A DNA stretch of 64,000 nucleotides from a virus (lineage: Duplodnaviria > Heunggongvirae > Uroviricota > Caudoviricetes), in IMG/VR virus record IMGVR_UViG_3300000976_000008, positions 207,223-271,222 of that record, one strand, 5' to 3'. Under the pieces are notes generated by a model that did not search any database, was not told where the DNA came from, and worked only from the letters and a program-made list of their open reading frames with translations. The position numbers and the translations under genes are program-made. Of the stretch, positions 53,671 to 61,670 are shown piece after piece (position 1 is the first letter of the stretch; each line of letters starts with the position of its first letter).

Positions 53671-54556
53671 GCGTCTTGAAAGGATAAAAACCTGGCTCCC
53701 AGACAGAGGCTGGGTTTGATTGCAAGGCTCTTACCGTTTGGTAGAAATTAGTATGTGCCCTCTGTGCGTCATCTTCTCTGCCTCTTGCCAAATAGCTTAT
53801 GTATTCAGTATAAGAGTTATCGTGCGGCGTTTCGTGGGCGAATGCCAGATTATGTCCATTATCTGCACCACCAACCACCTTAATAATACATCTGGCGGCT
53901 TTGCTTATATCCCCCTTCTTATTCTTAGAGGATAGATTAGTATGAACCTCGGCTTCGGACCAGTTGAACAACATGACGAAATGTTGATCGCGTTCGATCA
54001 AGACATTGTTGCCGAAAACGTTGTTAACTTGGATATTTTGCATGTGAGCGAAGTGAATCAGTTTCAGCAGCTTCCCAAAAATCCAAGCACTAGTTCTTAA
54101 ATCAACTCTAAGACCAGCTTTTGGGATCTTGATCAAAGGAACCATTGTAGAAACATCATCGACTGCTTTGAAAGCGATGACACTGACTTGTCGTCGATCG
54201 GACAACACAATGGTCTCTACGATTTCTGGGAACATGAAATCGTAATTGTATGGGACGTCGTGGTCACCGCTATCGATCTTATCAGAAAACATATGCATCT
54301 TGCGAAGAATAATTTCTTGCTTCGCAATTTCAGCGTTGTAGCTAGGATCGAGAGCCACTAACAGGAGAAGATTTCTTCCCGAACTATCTGTGCACTTCCG
54401 AATGCGATAGCTCTTTGTTTCAGCTACTACTTTCCCAATATTGTATTCATCAATGCGTCGCGATCGGCGATCCGCTTTGACAGATCCTTTTGATCCTTTT
54501 CGAGATCTTTTTTGCATTTCTTCAATTCTCGCCGTGTTTGGTTGATCTTTAGCCAT
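53660..54556 (-). CDS. Ser/Thr kinase-fold protein, probably a pseudokinase
   Basis: AWIFGKLLKLIHFAH..., NNVFGNNVLI, MLFNWS; catalytic-loop Asp and DFG Asp apparently replaced. Confidence 0.65.
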   Translation of the reverse strand: MAKDQPNTARIEEMQKRSRKGSKGSVKADRRSRRIDEYNIGKVVAETKSYRIRKCTDSSGRNLLLLVALDPSYNAEIAKQEIILRKMHMFSDKIDSGDHDVPYNYDFMFPEIVETIVLSDRRQVSVIAFKAVDDVSTMVPLIKIPKAGLRVDLRTSAWIFGKLLKLIHFAHMQNIQVNNVFGNNVLIERDQHFVMLFNWSEAEVHTNLSSKNKKGDISKAARCIIKVVGGADNGHNLAFAHETPHDNSYTEYISYLARGREDDAQRAHTNFYQTVRALQSNPASVWEPGFYPFKTHEV

Positions 54557-54954
54557 GTTCGTCTTTGCCGAATCTTGTTAGCTCTATCGGCGTTGAATGC
54601 TACCTTTTTTGCGAAATCTAGAACATTATTCGGGTAATCGGGATTGCATATATCGAATATGAATTGTTCTTCTGGACTTTTACCACCGAACACCATACTC
54701 TCAACAGTTCTCGCTCCCATTGTTACAGAACTGACATCGACTTTTAATTGACCGAAATAAACCCAAGCTCCACCAGATGCTCTTGCAATGAACATATTTT
54801 TAGTATGTTGAATAGTAGTAGGATTATTATTATTTCCGTATCCCTGAAATGGAGCAATACGCAAATAAAGGTCATCCCAAGAGGCTTCACTTTTTCTGAG
54901 AGCCATCGAATCGATATTCAAACTTCTGGCTATTTCGTCTCTTAAGTCGAGCAT
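54427..54954 (-). CDS. Paralogue family B protein
   Basis: FIFDICNPDYPNNV. Confidence 0.65.
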   Translation of the reverse strand: MLDLRDEIARSLNIDSMALRKSEASWDDLYLRIAPFQGYGNNNNPTTIQHTKNMFIARASGGAWVYFGQLKVDVSSVTMGARTVESMVFGGKSPEEQFIFDICNPDYPNNVLDFAKKVAFNADRANKIRQRRTWLKINQTRRELKKCKKDLEKDQKDLSKRIADRDALMNTILGK

Positions 54955-55427
54955 TTTGTTTTTGCGAAATTTCTCATTGTTCGTTTGATCTTAAGATCTT
55001 TGACTTTCTTAGCAACTCTCGATGCCTCTCCTATGAAATTCACGACATTTTGCGGAAATTCCGGGTCAGCCGCTGGAAAATCGAAAACGTCATAATAACA
55101 TTGTGATCTAAGAACACTCAGAACTGTTTTGATATCAAGCTTAATACCGTTAGATCGTATGGTAAGGACACCTAAGAATTCCCATGGATATCCTCTGTCG
55201 TATTGCACCATAATATTCAAACGATATTGGTCGCTAAAAACTCCGCCTCTGTTATCCGTCCTAATCGCAAAACCATAATATCTGGTTCGCAACGATCTGA
55301 AGTAGTCGAAGAGGACAGTTTGTAGATCATTCTTCGAAGTAAGCATACTCACCGAGATCCCAAATAACCAAGCACTTTCGCCCTGATTTCCATGGAAACC
55401 ATCCGATTCTACCAACATCGTCGGCAT
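54942..55427 (-). CDS. Paralogue family B protein
   Basis: FDFPAADPEFPQNV. Confidence 0.65.
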   Translation of the reverse strand: MPTMLVESDGFHGNQGESAWLFGISVSMLTSKNDLQTVLFDYFRSLRTRYYGFAIRTDNRGGVFSDQYRLNIMVQYDRGYPWEFLGVLTIRSNGIKLDIKTVLSVLRSQCYYDVFDFPAADPEFPQNVVNFIGEASRVAKKVKDLKIKRTMRNFAKTKCST

Positions 55428-55668
55428 CGGTGACTACTACTTCATCCCAACCACGTTTTGGTCCAAAACCGGTTGCAACCTTTTCTCGGCCAGTTGGCTC
55501 TATCATCAGGAGAACCGGATCATCAAGATCCTTGTAATCCTTGGTCAACTGGAGACCATTTTGTTTCTTGGCAAGAATCGCCATTTTCGTAGGCTTCATC
55601 TTTTTGCGTGTCGCCATCATTGAATCCCATATTGGTTGAGATTGGTTTATTGCAGAGGTTGCCAACAA
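55327..55668 (-). CDS. Hypothetical protein
   Basis: ORF track; co-oriented. Confidence 0.5.
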   Translation of the reverse strand: MLATSAINQSQPIWDSMMATRKKMKPTKMAILAKKQNGLQLTKDYKDLDDPVLLMIEPTGREKVATGFGPKRGWDEVVVTDADDVGRIGWFPWKSGRKCLVIWDLGEYAYFEE

Positions 55669-55829
55669 GTGAAATCATTCATTGTGGCGTCGAAGTATCG
55701 AACTGTTAGAGTATGACCCTTATCCAGTAAGGCTTTAGTTGCTTGAAATATCTCACGGATGCTTCCTTTTAAAGAAAGTGTATCACCGTTTTCAATTCTG
55801 ACTTCCAATGTCTCGCTCGCCTTCATGGC

Positions 55830-56192
55830 TTATCCCCGGTTTTTTATTTGTGCCCTCAAAGAGCAGGTGATGCAAGAGACCGAGTGGGCCGGTCCCATGC
55901 AAGAGTTACATTCGCTGCATTTCGCAAGATGGGGTCTGTTGCACTTTCCTTGGCAGATTCCGCATCTTCCTGTGTCTGTTTCATCAAAACCAAGCTTCTC
56001 TAAGAGAACTGCTTTGACGATTTCTGATGTTGTAGTGTGGTCGTAATCTTCGACAGACCCACCACGAACTTGGTGACTGCGGAATCTCACCGCTTCGGCG
56101 AGATCCCGCTTTGCCACTTCGTCAGCAATCTCTTGAATTGCTTCTTCGAGATTCATTACTGGTTGACCTTCATCCGCACTGTGTGACCCCAA
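55830..56192 (-). CDS. Hypothetical protein with a C-terminal Cys-rich zinc finger (start probably 56156)
   Basis: Three CxxC motifs; TAATG coupling to the upstream gene. Confidence 0.6.
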   Translation of the reverse strand: MGSHSADEGQPVMNLEEAIQEIADEVAKRDLAEAVRFRSHQVRGGSVEDYDHTTTSEIVKAVLLEKLGFDETDTGRCGICQGKCNRPHLAKCSECNSCMGPAHSVSCITCSLRAQIKNRG

Positions 56193-57589
56193 CCAGGACC
56201 ATCGGTCTGACCTTCAGGAGTCGTGATGACAGTAATCAGAGGGAACCCACATGGCTTATGCCATCCAGTGTAACCGTCTGTCAGCATCACCGTACAGTCT
56301 GGGACCTGCTTGTTTTCCATCAACCAGTCGATTGGACCGACCATGTCAGTTCCGCCACGTCCATTGACAGTCAACCGCTTCCAATCGCCGCGACGGTACT
56401 TTTCGAATCCTTGGAAGGCAGCATCCCATTGGAGGATGGTGATCTTGGCCTTACTACTCAAAGACTCAATCTCTGCGAAGAATTGCTCAAGCTCACGCTT
56501 ACCAATTGATCCGGAAGTGTCGATGATGACGCAAACTGTGGCTGCTGCATGATGAGAGACGCCAGCAATTCCAAAGTGACGTCGACGTCGGTTGCGACGG
56601 CTGTAAGTCTTGCGACTATTGCCGACATGCTTGCCAAGGTATTGTCGGATCAACTCACGCCATCGGATGATTGGCTTGCCAAGTTCGGCGATTGCTTCTT
56701 CTAGGTGTGAGGGGACATGGCCTTGACACTTTTCAGTAGCTTGATCGACGATATCCTTGACGAGTTGTCGTGCTTCGTCTTCGGAGACGTCGGACATGTT
56801 CCAAGTCGAATGGTCGTCGATGACCTTTCCGGAGACACCGCCAAATGAATAGGAGTCACCACCAGATTGGCCACATGCTCCACACTGGGATTCGTCACCA
56901 CCGCCGCCACTGCCATCCTGTTCTTCTTCACCTTGACCGCTACCACTGCCGCCACTGCTGCCCTGGCCGTCATCATCCTCTTCTTCCCCTTTGCCCTTTC
57001 CGCCTTTTCCTTTGCCTTTCATGGGTCGTCCGCACTGTCCGCAGCACTTACCACCCTGCGACTTTTCGAGCTTGTCGTAGTACCATTCCGTGGTTTGGTC
57101 GTGTGGCCAATCCTCAGGAATCCAGATGATATTCCCCTTCAGAGGGACTACCATTTCACTGGATTGTGGTTCGTGGTACCCGATTCGTGGGTTTTGCTTG
57201 GTACCGTTGACGCACATATCGGCGGCAATATTCCAAGCTTCTGGGTTTCGGTGACTGTTGCGAATGCAGTGGCAGCGAACAATGTGTTCGATTTCGTGCT
57301 GGATGACCGCGAACAATTCTTTGAGATTCAGTTTGTCAACGAATGGGGGGTAGTAAATACATTGCACGTCGTGTCCGTTGACGATTCGAACGCCCATTGT
57401 TCGCTGTTGTTCTGGCAACCAAGGCATATTGGATGGAACCCAAGTCATACCCATGGCGACGTGCCCGTACCATGGTTCTCGTGTCATCAGACGACACCGG
57501 GCATTCATCAAACGCTCCGATTGTTCGGCTGTGACCTTTGCTCTGGATGATTTGCGTGCAACCATGTTCGTCGTCTTTGTACCTACCAC
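56156..57589 (-). CDS. DUF2201-type metallopeptidase plus vWA domain protein
   Basis: HEIEH, WNIAADMCVN, DDHSTW, IIDTSGSI, GRGGTD, MLTDG. Confidence 0.88.
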   Translation of the reverse strand: MVGTKTTNMVARKSSRAKVTAEQSERLMNARCRLMTREPWYGHVAMGMTWVPSNMPWLPEQQRTMGVRIVNGHDVQCIYYPPFVDKLNLKELFAVIQHEIEHIVRCHCIRNSHRNPEAWNIAADMCVNGTKQNPRIGYHEPQSSEMVVPLKGNIIWIPEDWPHDQTTEWYYDKLEKSQGGKCCGQCGRPMKGKGKGGKGKGEEEDDDGQGSSGGSGSGQGEEEQDGSGGGGDESQCGACGQSGGDSYSFGGVSGKVIDDHSTWNMSDVSEDEARQLVKDIVDQATEKCQGHVPSHLEEAIAELGKPIIRWRELIRQYLGKHVGNSRKTYSRRNRRRRHFGIAGVSHHAAATVCVIIDTSGSIGKRELEQFFAEIESLSSKAKITILQWDAAFQGFEKYRRGDWKRLTVNGRGGTDMVGPIDWLMENKQVPDCTVMLTDGYTGWHKPCGFPLITVITTPEGQTDGPGWGHTVRMKVNQ

Positions 57590-57634
57590 GGGATTTCTGC
57601 CTTCTTCGAGTAAAATACGTGTTCCGTTAATCTT

Positions 57635-57661
57635 ATGTTACAAGACTATATTGTTCGTTAA
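57635..57661 (-). promoter_or_regulatory. Conserved promoter-like element
   Basis: TTAAC-N13-TTGTAACAT-N5-TA. Confidence 0.72.
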
Positions 57662-57663
57662 AT

Positions 57664-58089
57664 CTATCCAATAAATGGATCAGTAATACCACTAGATTTC
57701 ACGAGTTGCTTTGTAGCAACAATGATTCCTTCTTCCATCCTGAAGAATCCATCCGGATCGCCAGTCTCTATAACTATAACAGTCTCATTACCAGGATTGA
57801 TGGATACCGCAATTGGCTGCGAATCAACAGTATGACTAACTGTTTCCATTGTCTGGATTACTGCAGTTAGATAATCATTTTCTAATGTGAAAATTATCCG
57901 AACCCAATATCCAGAATTACATTTAATGCGGTAAGTTCGAGTATCAGGGTTATCACTAGGATAGATCCGATCAACTCTAAATTGATGAGCAAGTTTAGTT
58001 CTTATGAACTTTTCCAAACTATCACAGATAGAAGGGAAAATGTCTTGATCAAATTTCATGCTAATTCCTAGTATACAGGAGTGGCCCAT
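57664..58089 (-). CDS. Probable family B protein lying between the AAA+ and vWA genes
   Basis: FPSICDSLEKFI...IETGDPDGF; AT-rich. Confidence 0.6.
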   Translation of the reverse strand: MGHSCILGISMKFDQDIFPSICDSLEKFIRTKLAHQFRVDRIYPSDNPDTRTYRIKCNSGYWVRIIFTLENDYLTAVIQTMETVSHTVDSQPIAVSINPGNETVIVIETGDPDGFFRMEEGIIVATKQLVKSSGITDPFIG

Positions 58090-58105
58090 CTAGGATGGGC
58101 CACTC
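58079..58105 (-). terminator. Perfect hairpin downstream of the MoxR gene
   Basis: GAGTGGCCCATC-tag-GATGGGCCACTC. Confidence 0.65.
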
Positions 58106-58130
58106 AATCGCCGAACGGGAGATCAGACGA

Positions 58131-59486
58131 TTATTCGTCGCTTGACGTTCCCCAAGAGACTCGGGAAAGTGCGTCTTGCAGTTCAGGTCGTTCAGTCAGA
58201 CGATCGATGAACGTCTTCTTGGTGTTACCGGACCGCTTGTTGAACTTCGAGATCATCTTGGCGAGTCGAGGATTCGAGATCACCGCTGCTCGTGCCTTCT
58301 CCTGTTGATCTCCAGGGTTATCACCGCTGACCAAGGCTCGGCAGAATGCGACAACCACATCCTTATCGTTGGCGTGGTCCACCATGAAACTGGCGAAGTC
58401 GAGGCAGACTTCTGCTGTCTTATCGTCTTCGGTCTTGTTCTTGGCGAAACTGACCAGACCCCACATGAGACCAGTCAACTGGTTTCGGTTCAGCTTCTTC
58501 AGCTTCCCTTCGAAAGGCTTGACACCACGGTTGATCAACTCACGAGGCTTGACCGGGCAAGAATGTCGTGAGTAAGATCGGGCAAGCTCTCGACCGACCA
58601 GACCACCGATAACCTCTTCTTTCGCCAGGTCTGAAAAACCCTTGTTGGCAGCAGTCGCGGCTTCCACCTTCGTCACGGATTCCCATGATCGCCGGGAAGG
58701 TTGGACCGAGAATCCGAGTTCACCAGCAATGTCGCCATCAAGGTGCTTCACATTCTGTGAGGCGAATTCGATGACTCCTGCAGCGTCTCCACCGTGCTTG
58801 TCGGCCATGAAGTTGACCCACTCTTCGAGAGTCGTTTCGCCACCGGAAAGTGTCAGGTGGACGAATCGGTCGAGGAATGCCGCATCGTTGAAGCCGGAAA
58901 CTTGGTAGCCTTCCATGTAGTTACCGGCAGCAACAACTTGCCAGCCTGGTGGCAAGACGTACTGACCAACTCGTCGGTCGAGAACCAACTGGAAGATCGC
59001 CTGCAGAACATCGTCCTGGGCACGGTTCACTTCGTCGATGAAGAGGATACCGTTCTGGAATCGCGGCTGGATTTTCTGCAGCTTCTCGTAGTACAACCGT
59101 TCGGTTTCGAGATCTGCCTTCTCCAGAGCCTTTGCGATGGCGACTGGTGCATCCTTGACCTTCTTCGCATCGATGTCGAGAAGTTCGCAGAGTTCCGCTG
59201 TCACGTCTTCGGTCGTCATGTCACCAACTGGCATGTCGGCTGGCGGCAAGTAGTGAGTGCGATAATCGTCTTCGATGCCGAGATTGACACCGGTCTCAGG
59301 GAGACCTCGAACATCGGATGCTTCCAACTGAGAACATCGTAGGTCCAAGAAACCCATGCCGTTTTCGGCGGCGAGTTGTTGGACGAGACTTGACTTACCA
59401 AGCCCTCGGTGGCCCCAAATGAACGGTGTGATTCCCGCAAGACCACAAATCTGAACTGCTTCTTTGAGGATCGAAATCTTCGCCAT
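58131..59486 (-). CDS. MoxR-like AAA+ ATPase
   Basis: Walker A GHRGLGKS, D.RG.P, Walker B LFIDEVNRA, AAGN, AFLDRF, PSRRSW. Confidence 0.9.
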   Translation of the reverse strand: MAKISILKEAVQICGLAGITPFIWGHRGLGKSSLVQQLAAENGMGFLDLRCSQLEASDVRGLPETGVNLGIEDDYRTHYLPPADMPVGDMTTEDVTAELCELLDIDAKKVKDAPVAIAKALEKADLETERLYYEKLQKIQPRFQNGILFIDEVNRAQDDVLQAIFQLVLDRRVGQYVLPPGWQVVAAGNYMEGYQVSGFNDAAFLDRFVHLTLSGGETTLEEWVNFMADKHGGDAAGVIEFASQNVKHLDGDIAGELGFSVQPSRRSWESVTKVEAATAANKGFSDLAKEEVIGGLVGRELARSYSRHSCPVKPRELINRGVKPFEGKLKKLNRNQLTGLMWGLVSFAKNKTEDDKTAEVCLDFASFMVDHANDKDVVVAFCRALVSGDNPGDQQEKARAAVISNPRLAKMISKFNKRSGNTKKTFIDRLTERPELQDALSRVSWGTSSDE

Positions 59487-59547
59487 TTTCCGTGTACTCC
59501 CGTTTCGGATTGTTGAAAAGGTGGGGTGGCAACCCCGTCATATCATA

Positions 59548-59574
59548 TTGTTGCGAGCCAGAAAGGGTGGTTAA
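59548..59574 (-). promoter_or_regulatory. Conserved promoter-like element
   Basis: TTAAC-N13-TCGCAACAA-N5-TA, followed by a GGGG/CCCC mini hairpin. Confidence 0.75.
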
Positions 59575-59576
59575 TT

Positions 59577-60056
59577 TCAATCATCCCACCGCCAAGCACC
59601 AGTCCCAGAAAGAATATCCAATATATCTGGGATCGTATCAACTTGAACCCTATACAATACATCTAGCTTCTTATAGGGATCTCCATATCCGAAAGCTTCA
59701 GCCATATCCGTTCTATCCGGCTTACAAGAAATGATGGGTACCCAGCATTCTCCACGCCAAAGGATCATCGGTATGCGGAGCATTGATTCATACTTCCCCA
59801 CGCCAACTTGTGGAGGGAAACAGAGCAACGGGTCAGAATCTGGATTCAAGAAACCATCAAATCTGGTCTTATTAGTAACAACCCCAATGAATTCAGGGTC
59901 TTCAGCACCAGGTGGTTTGTTCAGAACTTTGTACTCTTCACATGTCACATCAAAAGCTTCCTCGACGAGATAGAATTCGACGAGATTTGATGGAAAACTG
60001 ACAGCCTTAGAGAAGAATTTATAATGAATTCCTTTGAATCCAAAAGTGCGTGTCAT
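59577..60056 (-). CDS. Hypothetical protein, remote family A-like
   Basis: DGFLNPDSDPLLCF...ILWRG. Confidence 0.55.
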   Translation of the reverse strand: MTRTFGFKGIHYKFFSKAVSFPSNLVEFYLVEEAFDVTCEEYKVLNKPPGAEDPEFIGVVTNKTRFDGFLNPDSDPLLCFPPQVGVGKYESMLRIPMILWRGECWVPIISCKPDRTDMAEAFGYGDPYKKLDVLYRVQVDTIPDILDILSGTGAWRWDD

Positions 60057-60466
60057 TTGAAAACTAAATCTAGGCTAGCGATGATTTCTGGATTAGCAAG
60101 CTCAACTTCGTAAAGAAGATATCGCTTCTTGTTGTAATAAGGCAATCCGTCAGAATTGAGTGCCTTAACCCAGAATTTATCATCATAGAGGTAAATCTCA
60201 ACTCCACTTGAGTTGTAACCGACAAATAGTATTAGGTCGGTACTAGGAGCAGCAAGATCCGGGAGACGTTTGTTGATATGGCAGCAAAGCATTTCGCCAT
60301 CTGGAGTCTCGACAGGACCTAAAGAGACGAAAGAATAGATGACGAATCGCTCAGTTGGGTTAGGAGTGCAAACGGTTTCATCGTTAGAAGCACGTTTTCG
60401 CTTTCTCGCAACAAGTTTCTTCTTCATCTTAATCTCCCACTCCATATTACAACAAGGGATACTCAA
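60053..60466 (-). CDS. Hypothetical protein, remote family A-like (start probably 60427)
   Basis: IYSF...DLAAPSTDLILFV...ELANPEII. Confidence 0.55.
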   Translation of the reverse strand: MSIPCCNMEWEIKMKKKLVARKRKRASNDETVCTPNPTERFVIYSFVSLGPVETPDGEMLCCHINKRLPDLAAPSTDLILFVGYNSSGVEIYLYDDKFWVKALNSDGLPYYNKKRYLLYEVELANPEIIASLDLVFK

Positions 60467-60509
60467 ATTAAATCTAGAGTATATCCCACATGGTATAGGA
60501 GATTGCAGA

Positions 60510-61064
60510 ATGGAAGGTCAATTATGGCCAATCGAACGGCAGACATTAAAAGATCTCGTTCTAAAAAATAAACCAAAGGTCACCTTAGAAATAGGAACCT
60601 GGAAGGGCGGAGGATCAACTTACCAAATCGCCACAGCCCTACATGAACTAGGAGAAGGTCATCTTTACACTTGCGAACCAGACACTTCTCTATTCACAAT
60701 AGCGAATGCACTCTACTCTGAAGAACAACAACACCTTCCGGTGACCTGTTTAAATTCTTACAGCAATGAAGTGATTTCTGCGATGCTCCAAAGAAAAGAA
60801 ATACCAGATTTCGTTCTAATGGATGGACCAGAAGATCCAGATGTCTGTCTTGATGATTTAATACAGTTGGAACCCAATATGAAAACAGGCTCTATAGTGG
60901 CCTTCCACGATTGGGAAATAGGAGTTAGACTAGACGGCTTAGTGTCAACAAAGAGCCATAAAGTCAGGCCCTATATCGAACAATCTAAGCTTTGGCAAGA
61001 AGTATTAGTATTATCTCAAGACAGTTACAGGACTGTCGGATTTGCAGCATACAAGAGAAATTAA
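60510..61064 (+). CDS. Class I SAM-dependent methyltransferase (Methyltransf_24-like)
   Basis: LEIGTWKGGGST, DFVLMDG, IVAFHD; AGGAG RBS before ATG 60510. Confidence 0.85.
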   Translation: MEGQLWPIERQTLKDLVLKNKPKVTLEIGTWKGGGSTYQIATALHELGEGHLYTCEPDTSLFTIANALYSEEQQHLPVTCLNSYSNEVISAMLQRKEIPDFVLMDGPEDPDVCLDDLIQLEPNMKTGSIVAFHDWEIGVRLDGLVSTKSHKVRPYIEQSKLWQEVLVLSQDSYRTVGFAAYKRN

Positions 61065-61474
61065 TCAACCTCATAAACAGCACTAATATTGACATTAGTT
61101 TTCAAAGTCAGATTGTAATAGTTTGGATAACAACTTGCGACCTGGCGTATTCTGGCAAAATGAGTAACTTGTTTCGTGGTTGAAGATTTTAATATCAATT
61201 CAACACTACGATTGAAAATATATTTCCGATCAAGATCATATTCGCTCCAAACTCTATCTCTCCACAGATACCTTTTAATACCCGCGTAATGGTAGACGCA
61301 TAATGGATCGGATTGTGGAGCTTCTAATTCCAAATGCAAATAGGAAAGTAAGATTATCCTATTCTTAAACGGACGACCAGGGATACGGTCATAATCAGTC
61401 GTATTTATGACATTGTGTTCAATTACCGAATAATAATTTGGGTCTCCCCACATATCCGGAACATCAGGTGCCAT
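61061..61474 (-). CDS. Hypothetical protein, remote family A-like
   Basis: YYSV...LELEAPQSDPLCV...YLWRD; resembles 59577 and 60053. Confidence 0.55.
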   Translation of the reverse strand: MAPDVPDMWGDPNYYSVIEHNVINTTDYDRIPGRPFKNRIILLSYLHLELEAPQSDPLCVYHYAGIKRYLWRDRVWSEYDLDRKYIFNRSVELILKSSTTKQVTHFARIRQVASCYPNYYNLTLKTNVNISAVYEVD

Positions 61475-61670
61475 GCGGATTCCCCTTTAGGAAATCCGCA
61501 TCACTAACCAAATCATTGGCCTCGACTCGAATCATTGTTTTCTTTTCAATGCTTCGTCTCAATGTGGTCCAATTTTTTGAGATATCTCTACCCCAAGTCA
61601 CCGTTCTCATGATGACGCATATTTGTTTCCAATCGTCCTCGTCAAGCTCTATAAGCAATTTAGCCATCAA
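61464..61670 (-). CDS. Hypothetical protein
   Basis: Coupled ORF. Confidence 0.55.
   Translation of the reverse strand: MMAKLLIELDEDDWKQICVIMRTVTWGRDISKNWTTLRRSIEKKTMIRVEANDLVSDADFLKGNPHGT

Noticed and set aside
54005-54027. Additional promoter motif copy inside the kinase gene
   Set aside because: The spacer is only 8 nt and the site is mid-gene
49533-59342. Long plus-strand ORFs (e.g. 49533..50270, 50539..51135, 52774..53493, 56867..57550, 58794..59342; likewise 24156..24803)
   Set aside because: Antisense shadows of well-supported minus-strand genes, with no recognisable protein motifs
2394-59574. Repeated motif as integron attC sites
   Set aside because: ATTTAAC resembles R'' and overlaps stop codons, but there is no matching GTTRRRY or long imperfect palindrome downstream, and no integrase in the window
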